Positions 49,330 to 57,181 of a stretch of DNA of 57,952 nucleotides are shown one piece after another. The DNA lies in IMG/VR virus record IMGVR_UViG_3300046791_000121, positions 1 to 57,952 of that record. One strand, written 5' to 3'. A program made the position numbers and the translations under genes. Within the stretch, counting starts at the first letter, position 1. Every line of letters begins with the position of its first letter. Below the pieces are notes generated by a model. It was not told where the DNA came from and searched no databases. It worked only from the letters and a program-made list of their open reading frames with translations. Source of the DNA: a virus. Lineage: Duplodnaviria > Caudoviricetes.

Positions 49330-49665
49330 ATGGAACTCACCAACGGACAGAAGTGCCCGGCGTCGTTCGACCTGTTCGACATGAAGGGCAAGCCGATCCT
49401 GCCGCTTCCCGATGGCACCACGGTCGTCATCACTGGTGGCGACGCTGGTGGACCGACCGGCGTGGCCCAGTGGGTCGAGGACGCATCGCCCTCGAACGGC
49501 CACGGCATGATCACGACCGATGGCGACAACGTTGGCACCGTTACCATCAGCGGGACCATGACGCTCGCCGACGGCCGGAGCTTCACCGGCGAAATCCCGG
49601 TGGTCGTGAAGAACAGCGAACCGAACACGGCCGCCTTCACGCCCGGCGAGCCGGTCACCGAGTAA
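49330..49665 (+). CDS. Single Ig-like domain protein
   Basis: AGGAGG RBS; D.KGKP...GTVTISGT...IPVVV; C-terminal PNTAAFTPGEPVTE. Confidence 0.65.
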   Translation: MELTNGQKCPASFDLFDMKGKPILPLPDGTTVVITGGDAGGPTGVAQWVEDASPSNGHGMITTDGDNVGTVTISGTMTLADGRSFTGEIPVVVKNSEPNTAAFTPGEPVTE

Positions 49666-49668
49666 CGC

Positions 49669-49866
49669 ATGCGGCTCACGGTCCTGCTTGTCCTCGCGCT
49701 CGCGGCCGTGAGCGGCTGCGACACTGACCACCGCCACAATCCGGCGGGCCCTCGGCTCTGTTCATACGTGCGCCAGGGGCCTGCCGGTCCTATCAGAATC
49801 TGGGACGCATGCCCCGATCCATCACCGACGCCGCGCCCCAGTCCGACTCCCCGTCCATGCCACTGA
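49669..49866 (+). CDS. Small lipoprotein (o-spanin-like)
   Basis: MRLTVLLVLALAAVSG/C lipobox; Pro-rich; two further Cys. Confidence 0.65.
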   Translation: MRLTVLLVLALAAVSGCDTDHRHNPAGPRLCSYVRQGPAGPIRIWDACPDPSPTPRPSPTPRPCH

Positions 49867-50792
49867 GACTCTGGGCGCTGCTTGCCCTGGTTGCCTCCCT
49901 ATACCTCGTAGCCTTCGTTGCCATCTTCCCTGACGACGCATGCGGCGCGGTGCTCGATGACTTCGGCCGCACCGACGGCCCGGTCGGTGGCAAGTGGGCG
50001 CCGCAGGCCGCGCTCTACATACAGGCTCATGCGCTGCGCGCGAGCGCCAATACGTCCTCGGCCTACGACTCCGTGCTCAGCAAGAACCAGACGGTATCCG
50101 TGGTCTGGCGTGCTGCGGTGGGGACAGAGAACGATGTACTTCTCAAGACTCAGGGAACGAGTTTCCCCACCGGGCACATCGAAGTGCGCTACGACGCGAC
50201 CGCGCACAGCTTGCAGGTCAACACTTGGGCCCCCTCGAAGTGGACCAACTTCGCGACGTGGCCAGCGACCGTGGTGGGCGGCGACACCGTGACGGCGTCA
50301 TGCGATTCGCTCGGGCTGGTGACGGCGTGGATCAACAGCGCGAAGATTGGCGAGGCCTCTGTCTCAGCATGGCCCTACGCTCAAGGTGGGGGGCGCGTGG
50401 GGATCACGATGGGGGCCTCTTCCATCCTCGACGTAATAGCAGTCGGCGGATTATCGGCTGCGCAACCGCCGCAGCCGCCACAGGTTCTGAACGACCCCTA
50501 CCTGAACGTTAGCCTCACCTGGACGTGGCAGGGCGTGGACGCATCCGGCAACCACGAGTCGAGCTTGGCTGTGGCGCGCATCTGGTACCGCCCCAATGGC
50601 TCGGCTCAGTGGTCCGGAAACATCGTCACGCATGGCGCGCCGCTGGTTCCGGGAGACGGCCGCAAGGTGGTGGTTGGAATGCCGTGGTCCTGGTTCGGCC
50701 GACAGCCGACATGGTTCATGGTGACGACGAGCGACACATCGGGCAATCAGAGCATGCCGAGCAACGAGGTTCTGAAAACGCCGCTGCCGTAG
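49857..50792 (+). CDS. Secreted or anchored lectin-like plus FN3-like protein
   Basis: Hydrophobic leader; LDDFGRTDG...NQTVSV...GDTV...GRVGI; C-terminal FMVTTSDTSGNQSMPSNEV. Confidence 0.7.
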   Translation: MPLRLWALLALVASLYLVAFVAIFPDDACGAVLDDFGRTDGPVGGKWAPQAALYIQAHALRASANTSSAYDSVLSKNQTVSVVWRAAVGTENDVLLKTQGTSFPTGHIEVRYDATAHSLQVNTWAPSKWTNFATWPATVVGGDTVTASCDSLGLVTAWINSAKIGEASVSAWPYAQGGGRVGITMGASSILDVIAVGGLSAAQPPQPPQVLNDPYLNVSLTWTWQGVDASGNHESSLAVARIWYRPNGSAQWSGNIVTHGAPLVPGDGRKVVVGMPWSWFGRQPTWFMVTTSDTSGNQSMPSNEVLKTPLP

Positions 50793-50820
50793 TAGAACGG
50801 AATGGCCGCGTGGAGAACCA

Positions 50821-51177
50821 ATGAAGCTCGACGAAGCAGCACTGATCAAGCTCGCCACGGAGTACCTGGTCGGCTACGGATGGCAGTGGACGCGATCGTT
50901 CAAGCACACCCCGAACTGGGTCGGCTACACCTTGTTCGGAACAATCACGATCTTCGCGTGGGTGTGGATGACGCCGGACGCCTTCGTCAGCTTCGCCAGC
51001 AACTGGCGCGTCGCGCTCGCGAATGTCGCCATCTCGATGGTCTCGATGATCACTGGCGCTCGTGGCGCAGGCGGGACCATGGCGGACACGAAGATTGCTC
51101 CGAAGACCGACTCGAAGGCCGCAGCGGTACCGGGACTCCCGAGCAGCGAAGAGGCCGCATCGAAGGAGCAGCCGTAA
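50821..51177 (+). CDS. Holin-like membrane protein
   Basis: 2-3 hydrophobic segments and a charged C-terminus. Confidence 0.55.
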   Translation: MKLDEAALIKLATEYLVGYGWQWTRSFKHTPNWVGYTLFGTITIFAWVWMTPDAFVSFASNWRVALANVAISMVSMITGARGAGGTMADTKIAPKTDSKAAAVPGLPSSEEAASKEQP

Positions 51178-51187
51178 GGAGGTCACC

Positions 51188-51328
51188 ATGCCTGGATGGG
51201 TGCACGACGCGCTTCACTGGATGTGGGTCGGAATCTGGGTCGGCTTCGGGCTGATCATTGGCCAGAACCTGTGTAGCTGGATCGGCGCGTGGATCGCCGG
51301 GCTGACGGCGAAGAAGCCAGCGACCTAG
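51188..51328 (+). CDS. 46-aa Trp/Gly-rich membrane peptide
   Basis: TAAGGAGG RBS; its TAG shares CTAG (51325-51328) with the convergent folE stop. Confidence 0.65.
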   Translation: MPGWVHDALHWMWVGIWVGFGLIIGQNLCSWIGAWIAGLTAKKPAT

Positions 51329-51885
51329 GCGAGCTTCAAGAACTCTGCGCGCGGTCCAGGCTCACGCATCACGCCGAGCAGCGATGACGTTGTCATCCGT
51401 CCGTCCGAGCGGACGCCGCGCGCCTTCATACAAAGGTGCTCGCCTTTGACCAGTACCGCGACACCACGTGGCTCGAGGTGCAATTGGAGCGCGTTCGCGA
51501 TCTGCTCGGTCATCCGCTCCTGCACCTGGAGGCGGCGCGCGAAGCAATGCACCAGCCTCGGAATCTTCGATAGCCCTACCACGCGGCCGTTGGGGATGTA
51601 GCCCACCGACACTGTGCCGTGGAACGGCATGAGGTGGTGCTCGCACAGCGACCAGAAGTCGATGCCCGACACCACGACCATTTCATCGTAGGTCTCCGTG
51701 AAGCGCGTGGCCAGGATCGCCTTGGGGTTCTCTTTGTAGCCGCACGTCTGCTCCTCTAGCGCGCGGATTACGCGTCCCGGCGTATCCGCCAGTCCTTCGC
51801 GCGCGGCGTTCTCGCCGAGGTAGCCGAGCAGGACGCCTACCATGCGCTCTACATCGACGCGGCCCGGAGCGCCGTCGCGCTTCAT
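51325..51885 (-). CDS. folE: GTP cyclohydrolase I
   Basis: REGLADTPGRV, SLCEHHLMPF, GLSKIPR, RRLQVQERMT, HLCMKARGV. Confidence 0.97.
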   Translation of the reverse strand: MKRDGAPGRVDVERMVGVLLGYLGENAAREGLADTPGRVIRALEEQTCGYKENPKAILATRFTETYDEMVVVSGIDFWSLCEHHLMPFHGTVSVGYIPNGRVVGLSKIPRLVHCFARRLQVQERMTEQIANALQLHLEPRGVAVLVKGEHLCMKARGVRSDGRMTTSSLLGVMREPGPRAEFLKLA

Positions 51886-52550
51886 CGCACCTTCCACTGC
51901 TTGTGCTGCTGGACCGAGAGTCTCCACTCGGGATTCTCCTTCACGAGCTTGACGCACCACTCCATCGCGCCGGGCTCCGGTTCATGGATGGGGCCGTTGG
52001 GAGAGTGCAGCGTGCGGAAGGCGGGCGAGATCAACTTATGCGTCGCCGCGATCCTGGGACGCGGGATGCCCTGGCCGTAGTTGCGCACATACTTCACTTC
52101 GTCGCACGTCTCTTGCCGGATCGTATGCTCGGCGCTCTTGGGCGATACGCACACCCAGTCGAGTCCGCTAGGCAATGAAATCGTCCCGTTCGATTCGATT
52201 GCCAGCGAGAAGCCGACCTTGTGCATGAAGTCAACGAGCGCGACATCGACCTGGAGGCCCGGCTCGCCACCCGTGAAGATGATCCAGCGCGCTGGCGTGC
52301 TCTCCTCGTGTCCGGCCTCGCGTTCGATCGCGCCGAGGACTTCGGCGTGCAATCCACCGAGGCTGAGCTTTCGCCCCGACAAGAACTCGGTGTCGCAATC
52401 GAAGCCCGCCTCCCCGTCCTTCGAGCACGTCAAGTTGCAGCCCGCGAAGCGCACGAACACATTGGCGGTCCCGGCGCGCACGCCCTCGCCCTGGAGCGAA
52501 TAGAAGACCTCGTTGACCGCGTAGGCTCTCTCGACCGCCGTCGCCCTCAT
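51882..52550 (-). CDS. queE: 7-carboxy-7-deazaguanine synthase (radical SAM)
   Basis: EVFYSLQGEG...FVRFAGCNL.C...CDT, FTGGEP, IESNG, VSPK, WRLSVQQHK. Confidence 0.95.
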   Translation of the reverse strand: MRATAVERAYAVNEVFYSLQGEGVRAGTANVFVRFAGCNLTCSKDGEAGFDCDTEFLSGRKLSLGGLHAEVLGAIEREAGHEESTPARWIIFTGGEPGLQVDVALVDFMHKVGFSLAIESNGTISLPSGLDWVCVSPKSAEHTIRQETCDEVKYVRNYGQGIPRPRIAATHKLISPAFRTLHSPNGPIHEPEPGAMEWCVKLVKENPEWRLSVQQHKQWKVR

Positions 52551-52957
52551 ACCGTTGGCCTCTGTCCGGGATTAGCGGGCCGATAGGTCGCCGCGCTCGT
52601 GCAGGTCTCTTCGACGCGAACCCCCACGAAGAGGCGTGCGTACTGGTCGGGCAGCAGCATCCCCAGTTGCCCATATATCCATGTTGCCACCTTCTCGCTA
52701 GTGGGATAGATGGCGAGCGTCTCGTTGAGGTGGTGGTGGTCGAGATACTGGTCGACCATTGGCGTCGCGTATTGCTTGATCACATTGAAGTCGATCAGCA
52801 TGCCTCGCTCTGGCCCGGCGGAGTGGAGTTCGCCGCCCTGGAAGATCAGATGCGCCTTCCACGAGTGGCCGTGCAGGCGGGCGCACTTGCCGTCATGTTC
52901 CAGCAGGACGTGGCTCGCCTCGAACGTGATCGTCTTCTCGATCGTCCAGACGCTCAT
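52547..52957 (-). CDS. queD: 6-carboxytetrahydropterin synthase
   Basis: FEASH, GKCARLHGHSW, GMLIDF, LDHHHLNE, PTSE, VEET. Confidence 0.95.
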   Translation of the reverse strand: MSVWTIEKTITFEASHVLLEHDGKCARLHGHSWKAHLIFQGGELHSAGPERGMLIDFNVIKQYATPMVDQYLDHHHLNETLAIYPTSEKVATWIYGQLGMLLPDQYARLFVGVRVEETCTSAATYRPANPGQRPTV

Positions 52958-53598
52958 GCTTGGGACCTTTCATGGACGGCGATCGCCGTCTTGAGGGCAA
53001 GCTCGAATGCGTCGAGCTTAGAGGTGCCTTCGCCGATCTTCTGTTCCGCGATCGCCAGCCACTTCTCCCACGCGCCGCGCAACTCGTCGCTCATGGGGAA
53101 GCTTAGTCGGTCCGCGACATGGTCATCCGGATTCTGATCGACAGACTTCCAGTCGAAGTCGCACAGCTTCGCGAGGCTCTCCAGGCCGGTCTTGTTGAAG
53201 GGCATGAACTCTTCCAGCGTCTCGAGGTCGAACTTCGGCAGCACGACGTTCTTGAACAGCGCCGACAGCGCGACGGTGTCGTCCTCGAACCACTGGTGGT
53301 TGCGCCGCTGCGCGAGCAGGACCGCTTCGGCCTGCGTGATCTTGCCGAAGTTCTCGACCATCACCGTGGGCCATTCGAGGAGCTTCACGGCGTCGAGGCG
53401 GTGGTTGCCATCCATCACTTCGAGCGACTTGCCGAGAACGCGAACGGCGAGCACGCCTGCCGAGCGATCGCGGCGGATAGAGGCGGCGAGTTTTTGTGCG
53501 ATCTCCGGTGTGCCGGTCTTCTTGTAGTTCCACTTCGCCGGGATCAGGCGGCCGACTGAGACTTCTTCGATGCGCGGCGCGGCTTCGGTTCTTGCCAC
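52954..53598 (-). CDS. ParB/Srx N-terminal domain protein within the modification operon
   Basis: LIPAKWNY...LAASI...EVMDGNHRL; GTG 53598 after GAGAGG. Confidence 0.85.
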   Translation of the reverse strand: MARTEAAPRIEEVSVGRLIPAKWNYKKTGTPEIAQKLAASIRRDRSAGVLAVRVLGKSLEVMDGNHRLDAVKLLEWPTVMVENFGKITQAEAVLLAQRRNHQWFEDDTVALSALFKNVVLPKFDLETLEEFMPFNKTGLESLAKLCDFDWKSVDQNPDDHVADRLSFPMSDELRGAWEKWLAIAEQKIGEGTSKLDAFELALKTAIAVHERSQA

Positions 53599-54500
53599 TT
53601 GATACCTCTCGCCTCCCACAAGCGCGTGTAGTAAGCCTCCATGTCCTGCATCGCGCGAGCCGTGCTGCTGACGGCTGTGAGGACGATCTCGTCGCGACCC
53701 GTCTCCTTGCTGTAGCTCTTGGCGGTGAGTTTCTCGAAGTCCACGCCTCGCGTCACCGCTGTGCGCATCGCCCTCTGGCGGGAGGCCTCCGACGTCGCCC
53801 GCGAATACCGCATGTAGGCGAAGCGGTCGCTGCCCATGTTGGTGAAGTGCGCGCCGTAGGTGATGCCTGCCATGAAGCTACTCGAATCGACCGAGTAGAA
53901 CGGCACCCGGTCGAGCCAGCGCCGCTTCACCATCGCGAAGCCATGCACCCTGATGCCGCGTTCGTAGAGCGCGCGCACGCAGCCGACGTAATCCAGGATG
54001 GCCCTGCCTTGCCGCAAGCCTTCCAGCGCGACGTACTTCGATGGCCACTTCTCTGCTGCCGCGAGGAACTCGGCCCACGTCTCGGCCTTTGGGTGATACA
54101 CGATGATGCACTTCTCCGCGACCCCGGCCTTGCGCAGGCCATCGCGCCACTCGCGCACCCGTGGCTGGCCGACGATCTCGCCAAGGTCGAGTTCGACGAA
54201 GTAGTCGAGCCAGGCCTGGGCGTTCTTGAGCCAGGCGACGTAGGCGCGCATGTATGACTCCGGGTCCTCGCCTTTGTGCTTGGTCACGCGCGTCGTCGTC
54301 GAGCCGATCTCGGGTCGCGAGGCGAAGAAGGTGTGCGCGCCGCTGTCAACGATCAGGCTCTTAACGCATTCGTGGACGCGCTTGATCCCGGACGCCTGTC
54401 GGCGCAGGTAGTAGTAACTCGCGAAGCCGTTCACGATCACCTTGGCAGACAGCGTGCTCGCCACGTCGGTGCCCTCGACTCCCGCGACGTAGAGTTTCAC
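53544..54500 (-). CDS. TGT-fold DNA deazaguanine transglycosylase (DpdA-like)
   Basis: LIVDSGAHTF, FVELD, IVYH, VHGFA and FYSVDSSS motifs of the TGT/DpdA family; context with folE/queD/queE. Confidence 0.8.
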   Translation of the reverse strand: MKLYVAGVEGTDVASTLSAKVIVNGFASYYYLRRQASGIKRVHECVKSLIVDSGAHTFFASRPEIGSTTTRVTKHKGEDPESYMRAYVAWLKNAQAWLDYFVELDLGEIVGQPRVREWRDGLRKAGVAEKCIIVYHPKAETWAEFLAAAEKWPSKYVALEGLRQGRAILDYVGCVRALYERGIRVHGFAMVKRRWLDRVPFYSVDSSSFMAGITYGAHFTNMGSDRFAYMRYSRATSEASRQRAMRTAVTRGVDFEKLTAKSYSKETGRDEIVLTAVSSTARAMQDMEAYYTRLWEARGIKWQEPKPRRASKKSQSAA

Positions 54501-55582
54501 GAAGACCGCTCGCGGACGACCTGCGCAATACGCTCGATGGTTTCGGTGTGGTACCGGGCCGGGGCTTCGACTTTTTCGGAAGGCATGTCGTCGGTGTTGA
54601 GGAGGGCGCTGATCTTCGAGACGGCCTCGCTCGCATTCCAGGGCGTGTAGAGTCGGGCCGGGTCGCTGCCGACCGCCTCGGGGAACGATCGGAAGCATGG
54701 CGCCACGGTCGGCGTCCCGCACGCGCTCGCGTCGAGTAGCGAGTAGCTCACCCAGTCCTGGAGCGAACACAGGAAGTGGACTCGCGCGCTCGCCAGGGTT
54801 GAGAAGTACTGCTCCTTGGTGCAGTCGCGCAGGATGGTCAGCTTGCCCGCGGCCTCGAACTCATGGGCGCGCTGGACGGCCGTTGGCTCGCCGCGCAACT
54901 CTTCAGAACCGGTGCAGACGATGAACTCGGTTCCCTGCATCCGATTGACGACGTTCAGGAAGAAGTGCGGCTGCTTCTCGCGGTCCCATCGCGACGAGTA
55001 GACGACGCGGTTTTCGCGATCCTCGCGCGGCTTCCAGTCGGCCACGCGGCGGCGCACATCCTGCATGTCGAATGGCAGCCCCACGACCTCGATCGGGCAA
55101 TGGTGGCCGAGCCAGGCGACCTGCATCAACTGCTTGTGCTCGCTCGACGCGCAGAAGATCGTCCGCGCCGTAGACGCCACCATGAGTTCGTAGTAGCGCA
55201 TCCAGGGCAGCATCTCCTCGAACGTAAAGTCGTACACGTCCATCGACTGCGCGTGGTTGCGTGCGAAGATTGGAATCTCGGCCGGCATGTAGGCGAGCGC
55301 CTCGTAGCCGGGCGTGAACATATCGTCAACGTAGACTGCGTCGTAGGTCATGCCGCCATCGATCGCGCGGACGAACTCAGCCATCTGGGTGAGCGCGAAC
55401 TCAGAGCGGCACAGTTTGTCTAGCACGCGGCCGTGCTTGATCTCGTTCCCCGACGCGTAGCCTCTGAAGGTCGTGACGGACCCCGGCCCGAACTGTTGCT
55501 CGAGTTGCCTGATGGTCCAGCCTTCCAGGAGTTCGGTGTAGCGTTCTTTGTAGGACTCGATCGGCAGGTAGGCGATCTTCAT
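54497..55582 (-). CDS. GT-B (GT4-like) glycosyltransferase
   Basis: VVYSSRWDREKQP, SLQDWVSYSLLDA...P.VAP..RSFPE; ATGA overlap with the upstream gene. Confidence 0.85.
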   Translation of the reverse strand: MKIAYLPIESYKERYTELLEGWTIRQLEQQFGPGSVTTFRGYASGNEIKHGRVLDKLCRSEFALTQMAEFVRAIDGGMTYDAVYVDDMFTPGYEALAYMPAEIPIFARNHAQSMDVYDFTFEEMLPWMRYYELMVASTARTIFCASSEHKQLMQVAWLGHHCPIEVVGLPFDMQDVRRRVADWKPREDRENRVVYSSRWDREKQPHFFLNVVNRMQGTEFIVCTGSEELRGEPTAVQRAHEFEAAGKLTILRDCTKEQYFSTLASARVHFLCSLQDWVSYSLLDASACGTPTVAPCFRSFPEAVGSDPARLYTPWNASEAVSKISALLNTDDMPSEKVEAPARYHTETIERIAQVVRERSS

Positions 55583-55926
55583 GGCATTCGTACCTCCGCG
55601 CCGTTCTCGCCATCTTCGAGGACCTCGCATCGCGATAGGTGCAGCACATCGCACAGTGCGGTGGCGATGGCCTCGCAGGAGAGGCTGCCGAACGATCGGC
55701 CTTGGGGCGTCATCGGTGAGAGCGATTCGAGCGTCGTGATCACGCGGCGCTTGAGGTCGATGATCTCGACCTCGCGATCGGCATGGCTGACGACCAGCCA
55801 GCATCTGACATGGAACTCGTGGCGATGGAGGTGACGCAGGAAGGCAACTGCGGCTGGCGCGTCAGGCCAGGCGTGAAGAGCGGAATGCCTCGCGCTCGCT
55901 ACAACCTCGATGAGAGGTCCGCGCAT
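55579..55926 (-). CDS. QueD-like T-fold paralogue (DpdL-like)
   Basis: H.WP.AP...FLRHLHRHEFHV (LxxxHRHxF), DREVE, SCE.IA, EDGENGA; lacks the QueD CxxxHGH cysteine. Confidence 0.75.
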   Translation of the reverse strand: MRGPLIEVVASARHSALHAWPDAPAAVAFLRHLHRHEFHVRCWLVVSHADREVEIIDLKRRVITTLESLSPMTPQGRSFGSLSCEAIATALCDVLHLSRCEVLEDGENGAEVRMP

Positions 55927-55962
55927 TGCGCGCATCCTACCCGCGCATCTGATCTCCGTCCA
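55927..55962 (-). promoter_or_regulatory. Candidate leaderless promoter of the modification operon
   Basis: TGGACG-17 nt-TAGGAT, 7 nt before ATG 55926; no SD sequence. Confidence 0.55.
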
Positions 55963-56212
55963 GCCCCGCTGCTCCCGCTCATGCGAGACGGGTCTGAGGG
56001 GTCGAGCAGGAGCCCCCCGGCTAGCGGCCGGGGAACTCAGGAGCCCTAGAGGGCCGGATTCGCGGTTTAGGCGGAATGAGATAGAGGGTAGCCGGAGCAT
56101 CCAGAGGCGGGCACTCAGGGGCGATTTGGAGCCCTGCGGCGATTCTACGGGGGTCCGGCGGGGGCGATACCGGGCTCTACGTCAAGACGTTGCAAAGCCC
56201 GGTGGACATAGG

Positions 56213-56241
56213 AAAAGGGGTGCTCTGAATCGAGCACCCCT
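56213..56241 (-). terminator. Intrinsic terminator ending the leftward early operon
   Basis: Minus strand AGGGGTGCTC-GATTCA-GAGCACCCCT-TTT, just after the stop at 56255. Confidence 0.85.
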
Positions 56242-56254
56242 GATCACTACTCGA

Positions 56255-57181
56255 CTACACCGACAACAGTCCGCGCGTCATGCCAAACGGACTGCGCACC
56301 TCGACGTCAGGCGAGAGACACTCGACTGCCGACCACTTGTCGCCGAGCTTCTTGGCGCGAAGGACTCGCTTCACGATGCACATCGTTCCATTCAGGGTCT
56401 CGGGCACCGCGCACTCCAGCACGACGTCGCCGGGCTTCACGACGAGCAACCGAAGCCCGAACATCCCGACCTCGGCGCCGTCGCCGCCGCCGCCTCGCGA
56501 AATGACCGACAACCCCATCCCGTGAACGCGCAGCCATGCAGCACGCATGAGCTTGATTCCGACCACCGGCTCGCCTTCGTTCCAGTAGAACGTGCAGCCG
56601 ACTTCTTCAACGTGGTTCACGGTCACGACGCCGCCGTAGGCGTTGCTCATGCGCTGGTCTCTCAGGAACCGCGCGAAGGTCGCGACGAACATCCGCCGCG
56701 CCTCGTCCGACTTCTCGTTGAACCGGCGGTGCCACTTGGCAGCGAGATTCTGTTGCCATGGGTGCCTGTAGGCCACGTTCACGCGAGCGTAGTAGTGCTC
56801 GGTGGTCTGCCGTTTGCGCGTGAACCTCAGATCGTGCGCGAGTTGGGCGGCCTTGATCGGCACCTTCCAGGCCTGCTTGCTGAGGATGTACGAGTCCCGC
56901 CGGTCCTCCCTGAACCGGCGGATGACTTCGAGGCACTGGCAACTGCGGTCGCCGAGCTTGGCCAACGTCTTGAGACTGCGAAGCTCCTCCTTCGCGTGGT
57001 CGTGAATGGTAAAGCGGCCTCGCGGCTGCCATGAGATCGAGTGGTACTGCCCTCCACAGCGGACGCGCAGCAGGAATCGCTTGTCGCTCCGGTGGCGCTT
57101 CGCGTAGACGTCCCGAGCCGGATGGTTCGGGTCCAGCGCGGCAATCTCTTCGGCGGTGAAGACCGTCTCCGAGTCCATCAT
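56255..57181 (-). CDS. Hypothetical protein coupled to the vWA gene
   Basis: ATGA overlap at 57178-57181; RVRC.G..H...HDH...C.C putative metal-binding N-domain. Confidence 0.7.
   Translation of the reverse strand: MMDSETVFTAEEIAALDPNHPARDVYAKRHRSDKRFLLRVRCGGQYHSISWQPRGRFTIHDHAKEELRSLKTLAKLGDRSCQCLEVIRRFREDRRDSYILSKQAWKVPIKAAQLAHDLRFTRKRQTTEHYYARVNVAYRHPWQQNLAAKWHRRFNEKSDEARRMFVATFARFLRDQRMSNAYGGVVTVNHVEEVGCTFYWNEGEPVVGIKLMRAAWLRVHGMGLSVISRGGGGDGAEVGMFGLRLLVVKPGDVVLECAVPETLNGTMCIVKRVLRAKKLGDKWSAVECLSPDVEVRSPFGMTRGLLSV

Noticed and set aside
52954-53598. ParB as evidence of a plasmid-prophage partition system
   Set aside because: No ParA; the gene is embedded in the base-modification operon, a known context for ParB-like domains
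51325-54500. Queuosine tRNA-modification auxiliary metabolic genes
   Set aside because: No queC/queF/queA or tRNAs; the TGT-fold protein lacks a recognisable Zn-binding CxCxxC motif and sits with ParB and GT genes, favouring DNA modification
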